DNA of 64,000 bases, taken from assembly GCA_046540255.1 (NCBI GenBank), contig JBKHFJ010000010.1, forward strand, positions 2,928 to 66,927, in the 5' to 3' direction. This DNA is from Methanomassiliicoccales archaeon. GTDB taxonomy: Archaea > Thermoplasmatota > Thermoplasmata > Methanomassiliicoccales > JAAEEP01. Below the pieces are notes generated by a model. It worked only from the letters and a program-made list of their open reading frames with translations. It had not been told where the DNA came from and did not search any database. Below, in pieces: positions 9,543 through 18,412 of the stretch. Within the stretch, counting starts at the first letter, position 1. Each line of letters opens with the position of its first letter. Made by a program: the position numbers and the translations under genes.

Positions 9543-10568
9543 ATGGATTCCGGAAAGAAGAGCATGGTTCTGGTTGTAATACTGGTCGCCTTCCTGCTCA
9601 TCGGCGGTCTGGCGGTGATCCTTCAGGGGGGTGAGGATGAGGTCGATTATCCCCTTCCGGTGACCGACTCCGCCGGCAGGGAGGTGGTCATCGAATCGGT
9701 GCCCGAGAAGATCGTTTCGGCCGCACCGGCCACCACCGAACTGCTCTACTCCTTGGGAGTAGGCGATAGGGTGGTAGGGGTGACGGACTACTGCGACTAC
9801 CCGACCCGTATGGTGGAGAACAAGACCGCCGGGAACATCACCTCCATCGGCGGGTATGAGGAGCCCAGCATGGAGACCATCATCGATCTGGACCCTGATC
9901 TCGTGGTGCTCAGCGGTGACGTCGACTTTCACCAGGACATAGCGGATACCCTGGATGACATGAACATCAAGTCCCTGATCAGCTATCGCGGGGACAACAT
10001 CACCCAGATCTATCAGAACCTGAGGATGATCGGGGAGGTGTGTGACCATGTGGAGGTGGCCGACGACCTGATCTCCGACATGCAGGATCGGATCTCCTCC
10101 GTGACCGAGCGGATATCCGGGACGGGCGAAGTCTCCGTCATGCACACCATATGGATGGATCCGGTGTACACCCCGGGGAACGATACCTTCGCCGCCAGGA
10201 TCATCGGGATGGCCGGCGGTGAGATACTGTTCGATGACCTGAGCGGATGGCCCACGGTCAGCAAGGAGGAGGTCGTGGACAGGCAGCCCGAGGTAATGAC
10301 CGTAACGGCCACCCATTTCCACATGTCCCCGGAGGAGGTCATAGATTTCCTCAAGGAGGACCCCATGTGGAGCCAGCTGCCGGCGGTAAAGAACGACAGG
10401 GTGTACATCCTGGTCGATCAGGCGGAGAATATCTTCAACAGGCAGACGGTGAGGATCGTGGACGCCATAGAGCTGACCGCGGAGATACTGCACCCTGATG
10501 CTTTCGAGGTGACGCCACCCAACATCATCGGGAACGACTACCAAGAATACCTGGAGTCCCAGGTCTGA
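9543..10568 (+). CDS. btuF: corrinoid ABC transporter substrate-binding protein
   Basis: N-terminal TM anchor; KIVSAAPATTELLYSLG, VGVTDYCDYP, LPAVKNDRVY; lies in the cob cluster. Confidence 0.88.
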   Translation: MDSGKKSMVLVVILVAFLLIGGLAVILQGGEDEVDYPLPVTDSAGREVVIESVPEKIVSAAPATTELLYSLGVGDRVVGVTDYCDYPTRMVENKTAGNITSIGGYEEPSMETIIDLDPDLVVLSGDVDFHQDIADTLDDMNIKSLISYRGDNITQIYQNLRMIGEVCDHVEVADDLISDMQDRISSVTERISGTGEVSVMHTIWMDPVYTPGNDTFAARIIGMAGGEILFDDLSGWPTVSKEEVVDRQPEVMTVTATHFHMSPEEVIDFLKEDPMWSQLPAVKNDRVYILVDQAENIFNRQTVRIVDAIELTAEILHPDAFEVTPPNIIGNDYQEYLESQV

Positions 10569-10586
10569 TCGTCAGACGGTGAACCG

Positions 10587-11630
10587 ATGGAGGGCTCGGT
10601 GATAGGGAGGCGGAGAGTCCGGCTGGCACTGATACTGATGGGAGGTTCGGCCTCCCTCTTCGCCTTCTTCATAGCCTACCTTTCCGTTGGGGCGGTGGAG
10701 ATGGGTTTCATCGAGTCGATGGACGCCCTCTTCTCCTCCCTGGCGAAGGGAGGGGAGGACCTTAGCGTGAACGAGACCATCATCTACCACGCCCGTTTGC
10801 CCAGGGCCCTGGGGGTCGTGGGGGTGGGTATAGGTCTCTCCGTGGCCGGGGTGGTCCTCCAGGCGATCATCCGTAATCCGCTGGTGGACCCCTACATCAC
10901 CGGGGTCTCCTCGGGAGCCTCCCTGGGTGCGGCGTTGGCGCTGGCCGGTGGGGTGACCCTCTTCGGTTCCATGACCCTCTCCCTGCCCATCGCCGCCTTC
11001 GTTGGGGCCTCCTCCGCCTTCCTGTTCACCATACTGCTGGCCGAATCATCGGGTGGGAGACCGATCGCCTACGTCCTGGCCGGAGTGGTGGTGGGCATCG
11101 GCCTCTCCTCGTTCACCACCATACTGATGGTGTTCGCCGGCGACAGAGTTCATGGGCTGCTGTTCTGGCTCTTCGGCAGCTTCACCCCCGTGGACTGGGG
11201 GAACGTCTGCTACATCTTCCTGCCCGCCCTGGCCCTGTCCCTGGGCGTGGCGCTCTACGCCAGGGAACTCAACCTGGTGTTGCTGGGGGACGAGCAGGCC
11301 CGTCAGCTAGGTCTGCAGGTGAAGAAGTTCAAGAGGGCCATGATGGTCCTCACTTCCCTCCTCACGAGCTTCTGCGTTGCCTTCACCGGCATCATAGCTT
11401 TCCTGGGTCTGATCGTCCCCCATATCTCAAGGATACTCATCGGCGGGGACCACCGGCTCCTGCTCCCGGTCTCCTTCATTCTGGGGGCGAACATCCTGCT
11501 GGTGGGGGATATCGTGGCCAGGGTGACCATGAAGCCGATGGAGCTGCCGATCGGGGCCATCATCTCCATGATCGGCGCCCCGTTCTTCGCATACCTGATG
11601 ATAAGAAGGGGGAGAACCTATGTCGGATAA
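10587..11630 (+). CDS. btuC: corrinoid ABC transporter permease (FecCD/BtuC)
   Basis: RLPRAL, RNPLVDPYITGVSSGA, GDEQARQLG, GLIVPH, GAPFF. Confidence 0.9.
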   Translation: MEGSVIGRRRVRLALILMGGSASLFAFFIAYLSVGAVEMGFIESMDALFSSLAKGGEDLSVNETIIYHARLPRALGVVGVGIGLSVAGVVLQAIIRNPLVDPYITGVSSGASLGAALALAGGVTLFGSMTLSLPIAAFVGASSAFLFTILLAESSGGRPIAYVLAGVVVGIGLSSFTTILMVFAGDRVHGLLFWLFGSFTPVDWGNVCYIFLPALALSLGVALYARELNLVLLGDEQARQLGLQVKKFKRAMMVLTSLLTSFCVAFTGIIAFLGLIVPHISRILIGGDHRLLLPVSFILGANILLVGDIVARVTMKPMELPIGAIISMIGAPFFAYLMIRRGRTYVG

Positions 11631-12411
11631 CTCGGTCATGATCAGCATCCAGGGGGTGAGGTTCTCCTACGGGAGCGTGGAGGCCCTGAGAGGTCTGACC
11701 ATAGAGGGCAAGGAAGGGGAACTGATCGGTCTCATCGGGCCCAATGGTTCTGGGAAGTCCACCCTTCTCAGGTGCATCAACGGGATACTCCGCCCCAAGG
11801 CCGGGAGGATCGAGGTCGGCGGGAAGGAGGTCGGGGAGATGACCTCCTCCGAGATGGCGAGATTATGCGCCAATGTTCCCACCGAGTTTCCGGAGGAATT
11901 CAACCTGTCCGTCCTGGACCTGGTGTTCATGGGCCGATACCCATATGTCCAAGGCCTATGGTGGGAGAAGAGGGAGGACGAAGAGGTGGTGATGGATGCC
12001 CTGGGCAGCTTTCAGGTAAGGCATCTGATGAAACGCAAGATCAATGAGATCTCCAGCGGTGAGAAGCAGCGGGCGCTGCTGGCCAAGGCGGTGGTGCAGA
12101 GCCCCAGGGTGATGCTGGTGGACGAGCCCAGCGCCCATCTGGACCTACGATACAAACTGGAGGCCATGGAGTACCTTCGCTCTCTTCTCGACTCCGGTCT
12201 CACTATCATCGTGGCCTCCCACGACATCAACCTGCTGGCCAGGTACTGTGACCGGGTGATCATCCTGAGCAACGGGAGTATAGTATCCTTCGGCCCACCC
12301 GGAGAGGTGGTGAACGAGGGGATCATCCAGAGGGTCTACGGGGTGCAGGCCAGGGTGATCAGGGACGACGGAACCGTGTTCGTGATCCCGGACAGGAGCA
12401 TGGGGGTGTGA
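11620..12411 (+). CDS. btuD: corrinoid ABC transporter ATPase
   Basis: GPNGSGKST, ISSGEKQR, LVDEP, SHD. Confidence 0.9.
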   Translation: MSDNSVMISIQGVRFSYGSVEALRGLTIEGKEGELIGLIGPNGSGKSTLLRCINGILRPKAGRIEVGGKEVGEMTSSEMARLCANVPTEFPEEFNLSVLDLVFMGRYPYVQGLWWEKREDEEVVMDALGSFQVRHLMKRKINEISSGEKQRALLAKAVVQSPRVMLVDEPSAHLDLRYKLEAMEYLRSLLDSGLTIIVASHDINLLARYCDRVIILSNGSIVSFGPPGEVVNEGIIQRVYGVQARVIRDDGTVFVIPDRSMGV

Positions 12412-13499
12412 GCTTGGGCTGGGCAAGGGAACCGATCAGGGAACTGGAGAGGCCGAGGCACGGCGGAACGGCCTGGAAGCACGGGGCCGAGGACTTCTCC
12501 TCCAACCTGAATCCTCTCGGGCCCCCACCCGAGATCGACAGCTTGGTGAAGGAGGGCGTTAATGAACTGGACCACTACCCGGATGACCGGGCCGACTCCT
12601 TTCGGGAAGCGGTCTCGATGAGGTACGACCTGGGGACCGAAAGCGTGATCGCCGGTGCGGGCTCCTCGGAGCTCATCCGCCTCTTTGCCGAGACCTTCAT
12701 GTCCCCGGGGGAGGAGGCCATAATGCCCCATCCCTGCTTCTCCGAGTATCCCTTTTCCTGCCGGCTGATGGGGGCCAGACCGGTCTGGGTAACCCTCCGC
12801 AGAGAGCGAGGTTTCCGGCCAGATCCCCTGGAGATGCTGGAGGAGGTGGGACCCAGGACCAAGGCGGTCTTCCTCTGCAATCCGCATAACCCCACCGGGC
12901 ATCTGACTCCGAGGAAGCGCATCGAGGAGCTCCTACAGGAGCTGGAGGGGAAGTGCATGGTGTTCCTTGACGAGGCTCTGCTGGAGCTGGTCAAGGGGTT
13001 CTCCCATTACACCTGCTCCGATCTGGTGGAGGGACACGACAACCTGTTCATCATCAACTCCCTGACCAAGTCCTTCGGTTGCCCCGGGATCAGGGTGGGA
13101 TACGGGATGGGGAACCCGGGCGTGGTGGAGAGGATGGACCGGGCCAGGCTCTCCTGGAACCTGGGATGCCTGGAGCAGTGGGTGGGCAGGGGATGTCTGA
13201 TCCAGCTGTACGATCACGTGCTCAAGGCCAGAGAGATGATGCATTCGGAAAGGTCCCGGATGGCCTCCCAGCTGAAGGGTCTGGGTCTACGGATCCCCCT
13301 CCCAGACGCTTTCTTTTTCTTCGTGAACCTGGCCGAGAGCGGGGTAGAGCCAAGGGGTTTCCTTGACGAGCTGCTCTCCAAGGGCATCATGATCAGGGAC
13401 TGCTCCTCCTTCGGAATGGAGGGGCACGTGAGGTTCGCGGTGAAGACCCCGGAGAAGAACGACATGCTCATCTCCCATATGGGTGAGGTCCTGGGGTGA
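12408..13499 (+). CDS. cobD: threonine-phosphate decarboxylase
   Basis: HGG, DFSSNLNPLGPP, CNPHNPTG, SLTK, IRDCSSF; PLP class I/II enzyme in a cob operon. Confidence 0.88.
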   Translation: MSLGWAREPIRELERPRHGGTAWKHGAEDFSSNLNPLGPPPEIDSLVKEGVNELDHYPDDRADSFREAVSMRYDLGTESVIAGAGSSELIRLFAETFMSPGEEAIMPHPCFSEYPFSCRLMGARPVWVTLRRERGFRPDPLEMLEEVGPRTKAVFLCNPHNPTGHLTPRKRIEELLQELEGKCMVFLDEALLELVKGFSHYTCSDLVEGHDNLFIINSLTKSFGCPGIRVGYGMGNPGVVERMDRARLSWNLGCLEQWVGRGCLIQLYDHVLKAREMMHSERSRMASQLKGLGLRIPLPDAFFFFVNLAESGVEPRGFLDELLSKGIMIRDCSSFGMEGHVRFAVKTPEKNDMLISHMGEVLG

Positions 13500-14475
13500 T
13501 CCTCTGGATCCGTGGGTACCCCTGGCGATAGGCTTGGGTGCTCTGGCGATCGACCTGGTTCTCGGGGAGCCACCCTCCCGTCTCCACCCGGTGGTGTGGA
13601 TGGGAAGGCTGACCGGCTTCCTGGACAGTAGGATCGCCCGGGGGAAGGGGGACCTGCTCGCCGGGGCCCTCATGGCCATGGCGGTGGTCCTCAGCTTCGC
13701 TCTCCTGAGCTCCCTGATCGGACTCTTCAGACCGCTTCACCTCTCCATATGGGGGTTGGTCTGTGCGGCGGGCTTGAAGACCACCTTCGCCTTGAGGGCG
13801 TTGGGGGGATCCGTCGTCCCCATGGGAAGGGCCCTGGAGGAGGGGGACCTGGACGCGGCCAGGGAACGGGCGGCCATGCTGGTGAGCAGGGACGTCCGGG
13901 AGCTGGACCAGGGTCACCTGACCTCCTGTGCCGTGGAGACGGTGAGTGAGAACATGGTGGACAGCCTGATCTCCCCCTGGCTGTTCATGGGTGTGGGGGG
14001 CCTCCCCGCGGCCATGGCCTACCGGGCGGTGAACACCCTGGACGCCATGGTGGGCTACCGGAGTGAGCGCCATTCCCGGGTGGGATGGTTCTCCGCCCGG
14101 GCGGACGACCTGCTGAACCTGATCCCCGCAAGGCTCTCCCTGCCCTTCATCCTGATGGCCCTCCGGATCCGGGGGGGTGACTGGAGGGCTGGATGGAGGG
14201 CCGCCAGGGGCCAGCATGCGCGAACCGCCAGCCCCAACAAGGGCTGGCCGATGGCCGCCCTGGCCGGGGGCATGGGGATCCGGATGGAGAAGGAGGGACA
14301 TTACTCCCTGGGAGAGGGGGACCTTCCCCTGCCCGGCGATATCGTAGAGTGCTTTAAGGTGGTGAGAACCACCGCCCTCCTCTTCTTCTTCCTGTTCGCA
14401 CTCCCCCTCTTCGTGGTGGTGGGGATGGGAACGCAGTTGCTGATAGAGGATCTTTTGCTGGAGATGATCTCATGA
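13483..14475 (+). CDS. cbiB: adenosylcobinamide-phosphate synthase
   Basis: GEPP..HPVVWMG, LVSRD, ETVSENMVD, YRAVNTLDAMVGY, SPNKGWPMAA. Confidence 0.93.
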   Translation: MRSWGDPLDPWVPLAIGLGALAIDLVLGEPPSRLHPVVWMGRLTGFLDSRIARGKGDLLAGALMAMAVVLSFALLSSLIGLFRPLHLSIWGLVCAAGLKTTFALRALGGSVVPMGRALEEGDLDAARERAAMLVSRDVRELDQGHLTSCAVETVSENMVDSLISPWLFMGVGGLPAAMAYRAVNTLDAMVGYRSERHSRVGWFSARADDLLNLIPARLSLPFILMALRIRGGDWRAGWRAARGQHARTASPNKGWPMAALAGGMGIRMEKEGHYSLGEGDLPLPGDIVECFKVVRTTALLFFFLFALPLFVVVGMGTQLLIEDLLLEMIS

Positions 14476-15590
14476 ATGGAGACGGGTTCGGTGTGGAGTA
14501 CCATGAGGTCGAAGGATTCGAGGTGGCGGTGATCGATCTGCCCAGGGACTTCCGATTCCTGAGCTCGGCGGTCATGAACGGAGGCCTCCACTCGACCGAC
14601 AGACTGGTGATCATGCAGGTGCCGAAGAACTACGATGAGGGGGATCCCGCGGGTGTGCTGACCCGGGTCGGACGACGTCTGGGGGTGCCAAACGCCCTGG
14701 GCTTCATGACGGCGGCCAAGATCGGGAAGGTGCTCACCGTGGAACGGGCGGCGATCGATGACGTCTCAGCGACCACCGTGGTGACCGCCGGCCTGAGCAA
14801 CGCGGTGGTGGCCGGGGAGCGGTTTCCGATGTACACTCTTGCCCACACCTTCGAGGCGGGCACTATCAACACCATCTCGGTGATCGAGGCCGGCATGAGC
14901 GACACGGGGAGGGCGAATGCCATGATCACCGTGACCGAGGCCAAGACGGCCGCCCTGCGGGACCTAGGGGTGGAGGCCACCGGCACCACCACTGACTCGG
15001 TGGCCGTGGGATCCCTTCCGGGGGAGATCGATTACGCCGGGCCGGCCACCGACGTGGGGCTGGCGGTCTCCCAATCGGTGAGGAGGGCGGTATCCAAGGC
15101 CCTTCAGAAGAACGGGGACGGGCCCAGGCCGACCGATTTCGTGATGCGGTTGGAGGAGAAGGGGGTACACATGGACGATATATGGTTGGCCGCGAAGGAG
15201 CTCTACAGCCCTCACCCGGACTGGGATGAGGAAGAGGTCAGGGAGCGCTTCGAATCCCTGATGAACGGGATGAGGGAGGACGTCAACGTCAACGCAATGG
15301 TGGAGGCGGCCGTACTGCTGGACGAGAGGGGACACGCCGGCAGACTGTTCGGCCTCACCGGCAAGCAGTTCGAGGAGGACCCGGTGCACCTCCTGGCGGA
15401 CGAGATGATCGCCATGTCCCTCTCCCAGTACATCGCCGGCACGAGGGGATTGTTCGAGTACACGCGCTATGACCGCAAGAAGCCGGGGATCCTGGGGGAG
15501 TTGGACCCCTTCCTCGACGATGCCGTCGCCTGCCTCATAGGGAGTCTGATGTCCAGGATATACACCGAGCTCCTGGGGGGAAGCGTATAG
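14472..15590 (+). CDS. cbiS: bifunctional adenosylcobinamide amidohydrolase (CbiZ) / alpha-ribazole phosphatase (CobZ) fusion
   Basis: N-terminal LSSA..NGG, GFMTAA, VTAGLSN, GTIN, TEAK, ATGTTTD (CbiZ); C-terminal DPVHLLADE..YIAG..F.Y.RYDRKKPGIL..FLDD (CobZ/PgpA-like). Confidence 0.88.
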   Translation: MNGDGFGVEYHEVEGFEVAVIDLPRDFRFLSSAVMNGGLHSTDRLVIMQVPKNYDEGDPAGVLTRVGRRLGVPNALGFMTAAKIGKVLTVERAAIDDVSATTVVTAGLSNAVVAGERFPMYTLAHTFEAGTINTISVIEAGMSDTGRANAMITVTEAKTAALRDLGVEATGTTTDSVAVGSLPGEIDYAGPATDVGLAVSQSVRRAVSKALQKNGDGPRPTDFVMRLEEKGVHMDDIWLAAKELYSPHPDWDEEEVRERFESLMNGMREDVNVNAMVEAAVLLDERGHAGRLFGLTGKQFEEDPVHLLADEMIAMSLSQYIAGTRGLFEYTRYDRKKPGILGELDPFLDDAVACLIGSLMSRIYTELLGGSV

Positions 15591-16378
15591 GCGCTCTCAG
15601 GGCCCTGTTCTCCCTCTTCACCCTGCTACCGGTGCGGTCGGGGGAGAGGGATCTTGAGGCTCTGTGGGAGCGACCTTATCTCCTGCCGCTTATCGGGGCG
15701 GTCTTCGGTCTCACCATGATGGGGGTCCTCTATCCACTGTCCCTGATCCTCCCGCTCCTTGTGGCCGCCCCCTGCGCCCTCTTCGCAGTGCACCTGTTGA
15801 ACCGGTTCCTTCACTTCGACGCACTATTGGATCTGGGGGATGGCCTGGTCGCCCATGGGGACCGGGGGATGAAGGTGCGGGCGATGAGGGACAGTGGGGT
15901 GGGCGCCGGGGCCATGGCCTTCGCGCTCTTCTTCACCCTGATGACCGTGACCTCCCTCTCCACCCTACCCGATCATGCCCTGATCCTCCTCCCATTCGGG
16001 ATGGAGATACTCTCCCGGGTCTCGATGGTCGCATGCGTCGGCCTGGGTGATCCAAGGGAGGGGCTTGGGAAGATGATTGTTTCCCGCACCCGCTTCCGGG
16101 CCGTCATTCCATCGGTGGCGCTCTCCCTCGCTCTCCTCTCGCCCCTTCTCTTGATGACACAGGCCTGGAGCGCCTCTTATATCCCCCAGACGATCGCCGC
16201 CTTCTCCGTCCTGGGCATGATCAGCGTGATCGTCGGGGGCACTATGGCTTCCCTCTCCCAGAGGAGTTTCGGCGCGGTTTCGGGTGACGTCATAGGGGCC
16301 ACAAATGAGATATCCCGCTTAGTTCTCCTGGTGATGGGCACGGTGGTGATGGATTGGATGGTTTCGATGCCCTGGTGA
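15587..16378 (+). CDS. cobS: cobalamin synthase (adenosylcobinamide-GDP ribazoletransferase); probable ATA start at 15587 (first canonical start 15632)
   Basis: LHFDALLDLGDG, MRDSGVGAGA, GAVSGDVIGATNE; the typical N-terminus ALRALFSLFTLLP lies in frame upstream of 15632. Confidence 0.88.
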   Translation: MGALRALFSLFTLLPVRSGERDLEALWERPYLLPLIGAVFGLTMMGVLYPLSLILPLLVAAPCALFAVHLLNRFLHFDALLDLGDGLVAHGDRGMKVRAMRDSGVGAGAMAFALFFTLMTVTSLSTLPDHALILLPFGMEILSRVSMVACVGLGDPREGLGKMIVSRTRFRAVIPSVALSLALLSPLLLMTQAWSASYIPQTIAAFSVLGMISVIVGGTMASLSQRSFGAVSGDVIGATNEISRLVLLVMGTVVMDWMVSMPW

Positions 16379-16962
16379 CCGCGGGAGGAAGGGGCTCCAG
16401 ACTCCAGTGCATGGGCAGGGAGAAGCCCATGATCCCGGTCGGGGGAAGGCCGATGATCCGTTGGGTGATCGATGCCCTGGCCGGTTGCGAGAAGGTGGAA
16501 CGCACGGCCATATCCGTCAGCAGGCACACTCCACTCACCCAGGCCGTGCTCGAGGGGGAAGGGTTCGAGGTCGTCCAGACCAGCGGGGATGGATACGTTT
16601 CTGACCTGCGGGAGGCCATGTCCCGCCTGGGAGGTAGGATGGTGTTGGTCATCCCGGCAGACCTTCCCCTGATTAGGACGGAATTGCTGGATATGCTTTT
16701 GGAGGAGCACATCGCCAGAGGAAGGGACTCCCTGGCGGTGGTGGTCCCGGCGGATCTCCTCCAGGCGCTGGGATTCCACTACCAGTACGATTTCTCACTC
16801 GGTGGGAGGCGGGTGGTGAACTGCGGGGTGAGCGTGGTGAACCGGGAGGCGCTGGTATCGGGGGCCCTCCTGGATGAGGGCCACCTGGAGAGCTCGGATA
16901 TCGCTTTCGCCCTGAACGTCAACGGGCCCAGCGAACTGGTCATGGTGGAGCGCCTGCTCTAG
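16354..16962 (+). CDS. cobY: GTP:adenosylcobinamide-phosphate guanylyltransferase
   Basis: AGGRGSRL, EKPM, GDGYVSDL, PADLP, NVN. Confidence 0.88.
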   Translation: MDGFDALVTAGGRGSRLQCMGREKPMIPVGGRPMIRWVIDALAGCEKVERTAISVSRHTPLTQAVLEGEGFEVVQTSGDGYVSDLREAMSRLGGRMVLVIPADLPLIRTELLDMLLEEHIARGRDSLAVVVPADLLQALGFHYQYDFSLGGRRVVNCGVSVVNREALVSGALLDEGHLESSDIAFALNVNGPSELVMVERLL

Positions 16963-18053
16963 CGCCCATGGCAGAGGTCCTGGTAGTTCTCCTCGATCCT
17001 GGACAGCATCACCTCCATGTCCAGGTCCCCTTTGGAACTGGCAACGGCGGCGATGGTGGTACCCCCGGCCCCCACTCCCTCCTTGACCACTCCCTCCTCG
17101 TAGACCCTAAGCCCATGGTATCTGGAACCGGAGAAGCTCAGGCCGGAGGCGAGGACGGGCACCCGGGCGCACTGGGCCACCAGGTCCAGGATGTCGGACT
17201 CTCGGTCATCAATTATCCATTTAGTGGTGCCCAGCGCCAGGTTGCCGAGCACAGAGGGATCGATCCCCTTTACCACCGCCAGGACGGCGCACATCTGGGT
17301 CCCCCCGGAGAGCAGAACCGGTATCCTGGAGGCCGCCCCGACGGCCAGGCCGGCGGCGGCGGGTATCATGGGGTCGCCCACCGCCTCGATCGCCTCAAGC
17401 GGGTGGGGGTCCTCCTCCAGACCGGAGTCCGAAATGGCCCTCTGGACCACCTCGGCCTTGAGCGGGTGAGGGTTCTTCGGGAGGCTGCTGCTCACCTTGC
17501 CATCCGCATCGTAGCCGAGTGCTGCCAGGACGGCCAAGGCGGTGGTGGTACCCCCGGCGACGCTCTCCCCCAGGACCAGGTAATCGGACATTCCTGCCAG
17601 GGAGCGGCCAAGCTGGACGGCCCTTCCGAACACTTCCTCCGTTCCCTGGACGGCGGGTCCGGTGGTCCGGATGTCTGAGCCTCCCTGACCTCCCAGGTCC
17701 ACGTAGGGCGTCTGGGGTCGGACGAAGGTGCCACCGTTCACCACCATGGTGGGCATGTCCGTCAACTGCAGGGCGGACATGGTGATGATGGCCGGTGTGG
17801 GTATGCCATCGGGGGTGACCGGTACCCCCTCTATGCTGCGGCATCGGCCGTACAGTAGAAGCTCCATGTCCGCCGCTGGGGTCCTGTCGGTGATCTCCGG
17901 CACGGCCCCTGCGGCGGAGAGCCCCGGGATCTTGGCCGTCTCGGTGTTCCCGATGGTGCAGGTGAATACCGGTCTCCTCCCCCATATATTGCTCAGGAAT
18001 TCTTCGCCCCTCTCCTCATCGGCAAAGACCCTTATCGAATCTGGAATGTTCAT
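16959..18053 (-). CDS. cobT: archaeal-type nicotinate-nucleotide:lower-ligand base phosphoribosyltransferase
   Basis: TETAKIPGLSAAG, TPAADME, GIPTPA, GESVAGGTTTA, GDPM, GGTQM, VKEGVGAGG; start adjusted to ATG at 18053. Confidence 0.9.
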   Translation of the reverse strand: MNIPDSIRVFADEERGEEFLSNIWGRRPVFTCTIGNTETAKIPGLSAAGAVPEITDRTPAADMELLLYGRCRSIEGVPVTPDGIPTPAIITMSALQLTDMPTMVVNGGTFVRPQTPYVDLGGQGGSDIRTTGPAVQGTEEVFGRAVQLGRSLAGMSDYLVLGESVAGGTTTALAVLAALGYDADGKVSSSLPKNPHPLKAEVVQRAISDSGLEEDPHPLEAIEAVGDPMIPAAAGLAVGAASRIPVLLSGGTQMCAVLAVVKGIDPSVLGNLALGTTKWIIDDRESDILDLVAQCARVPVLASGLSFSGSRYHGLRVYEEGVVKEGVGAGGTTIAAVASSKGDLDMEVMLSRIEENYQDLCHGR

Positions 18054-18083
18054 TCTAAGCGCTCCACGGCATACTTCGTTTCG

Positions 18084-18104
18084 AGTAGGATTATACATCC
18101 AACT
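18084..18104. promoter_or_regulatory. palindromic operator, copy 2 (AGTAGGAT-TATAC-ATCCAACT) in the cobT promoter
   Basis: One mismatch to the copy at 9504; 30 nt upstream of the cobT ATG and downstream of a minus-strand GAAACCATTATTG BRE/TATA-like element. Confidence 0.8.
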
Positions 18105-18229
18105 GATACCCTGAGAGGCAATAATGGTTTCGGCGGAGCTCCGAGCGAGGGGGATCATCGTTGCGCATACGAGGTGGGCGGCGGGTCCATCCACCTCCAG
18201 CACCACCCCCTTCCGCTCGATGAAAGGGC

Positions 18230-18412
18230 ATGGTCTGGATAGACGGGGAGATCGGAGCCAGTATCGAGGAGCTGGCGTTCTACTACAAGCTATTCAGGGA
18301 GATGGGTCCGGAGGTGGTGCCCTCCGATGATCCCGAGGATACCTGCGAGGTATGTGCCCCTCGGACTGATGGGAAGTTCTGCAGGACCCGCGACTCCGAG
18401 ACTCAACGGTAG
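18230..18412 (+). CDS. small hypothetical protein with CxxC motif
   Basis: 60-aa ORF with protein-like composition and CEVC...C; fills the gap between cobT and the AlkP gene. Confidence 0.45.
   Translation: MVWIDGEIGASIEELAFYYKLFREMGPEVVPSDDPEDTCEVCAPRTDGKFCRTRDSETQR

Noticed and set aside
15588-15640. Pyrrolysine read-through fusing cbiS and cobS
   Set aside because: cobS is in a different frame from the cbiS TAG, so read-through would not join them.
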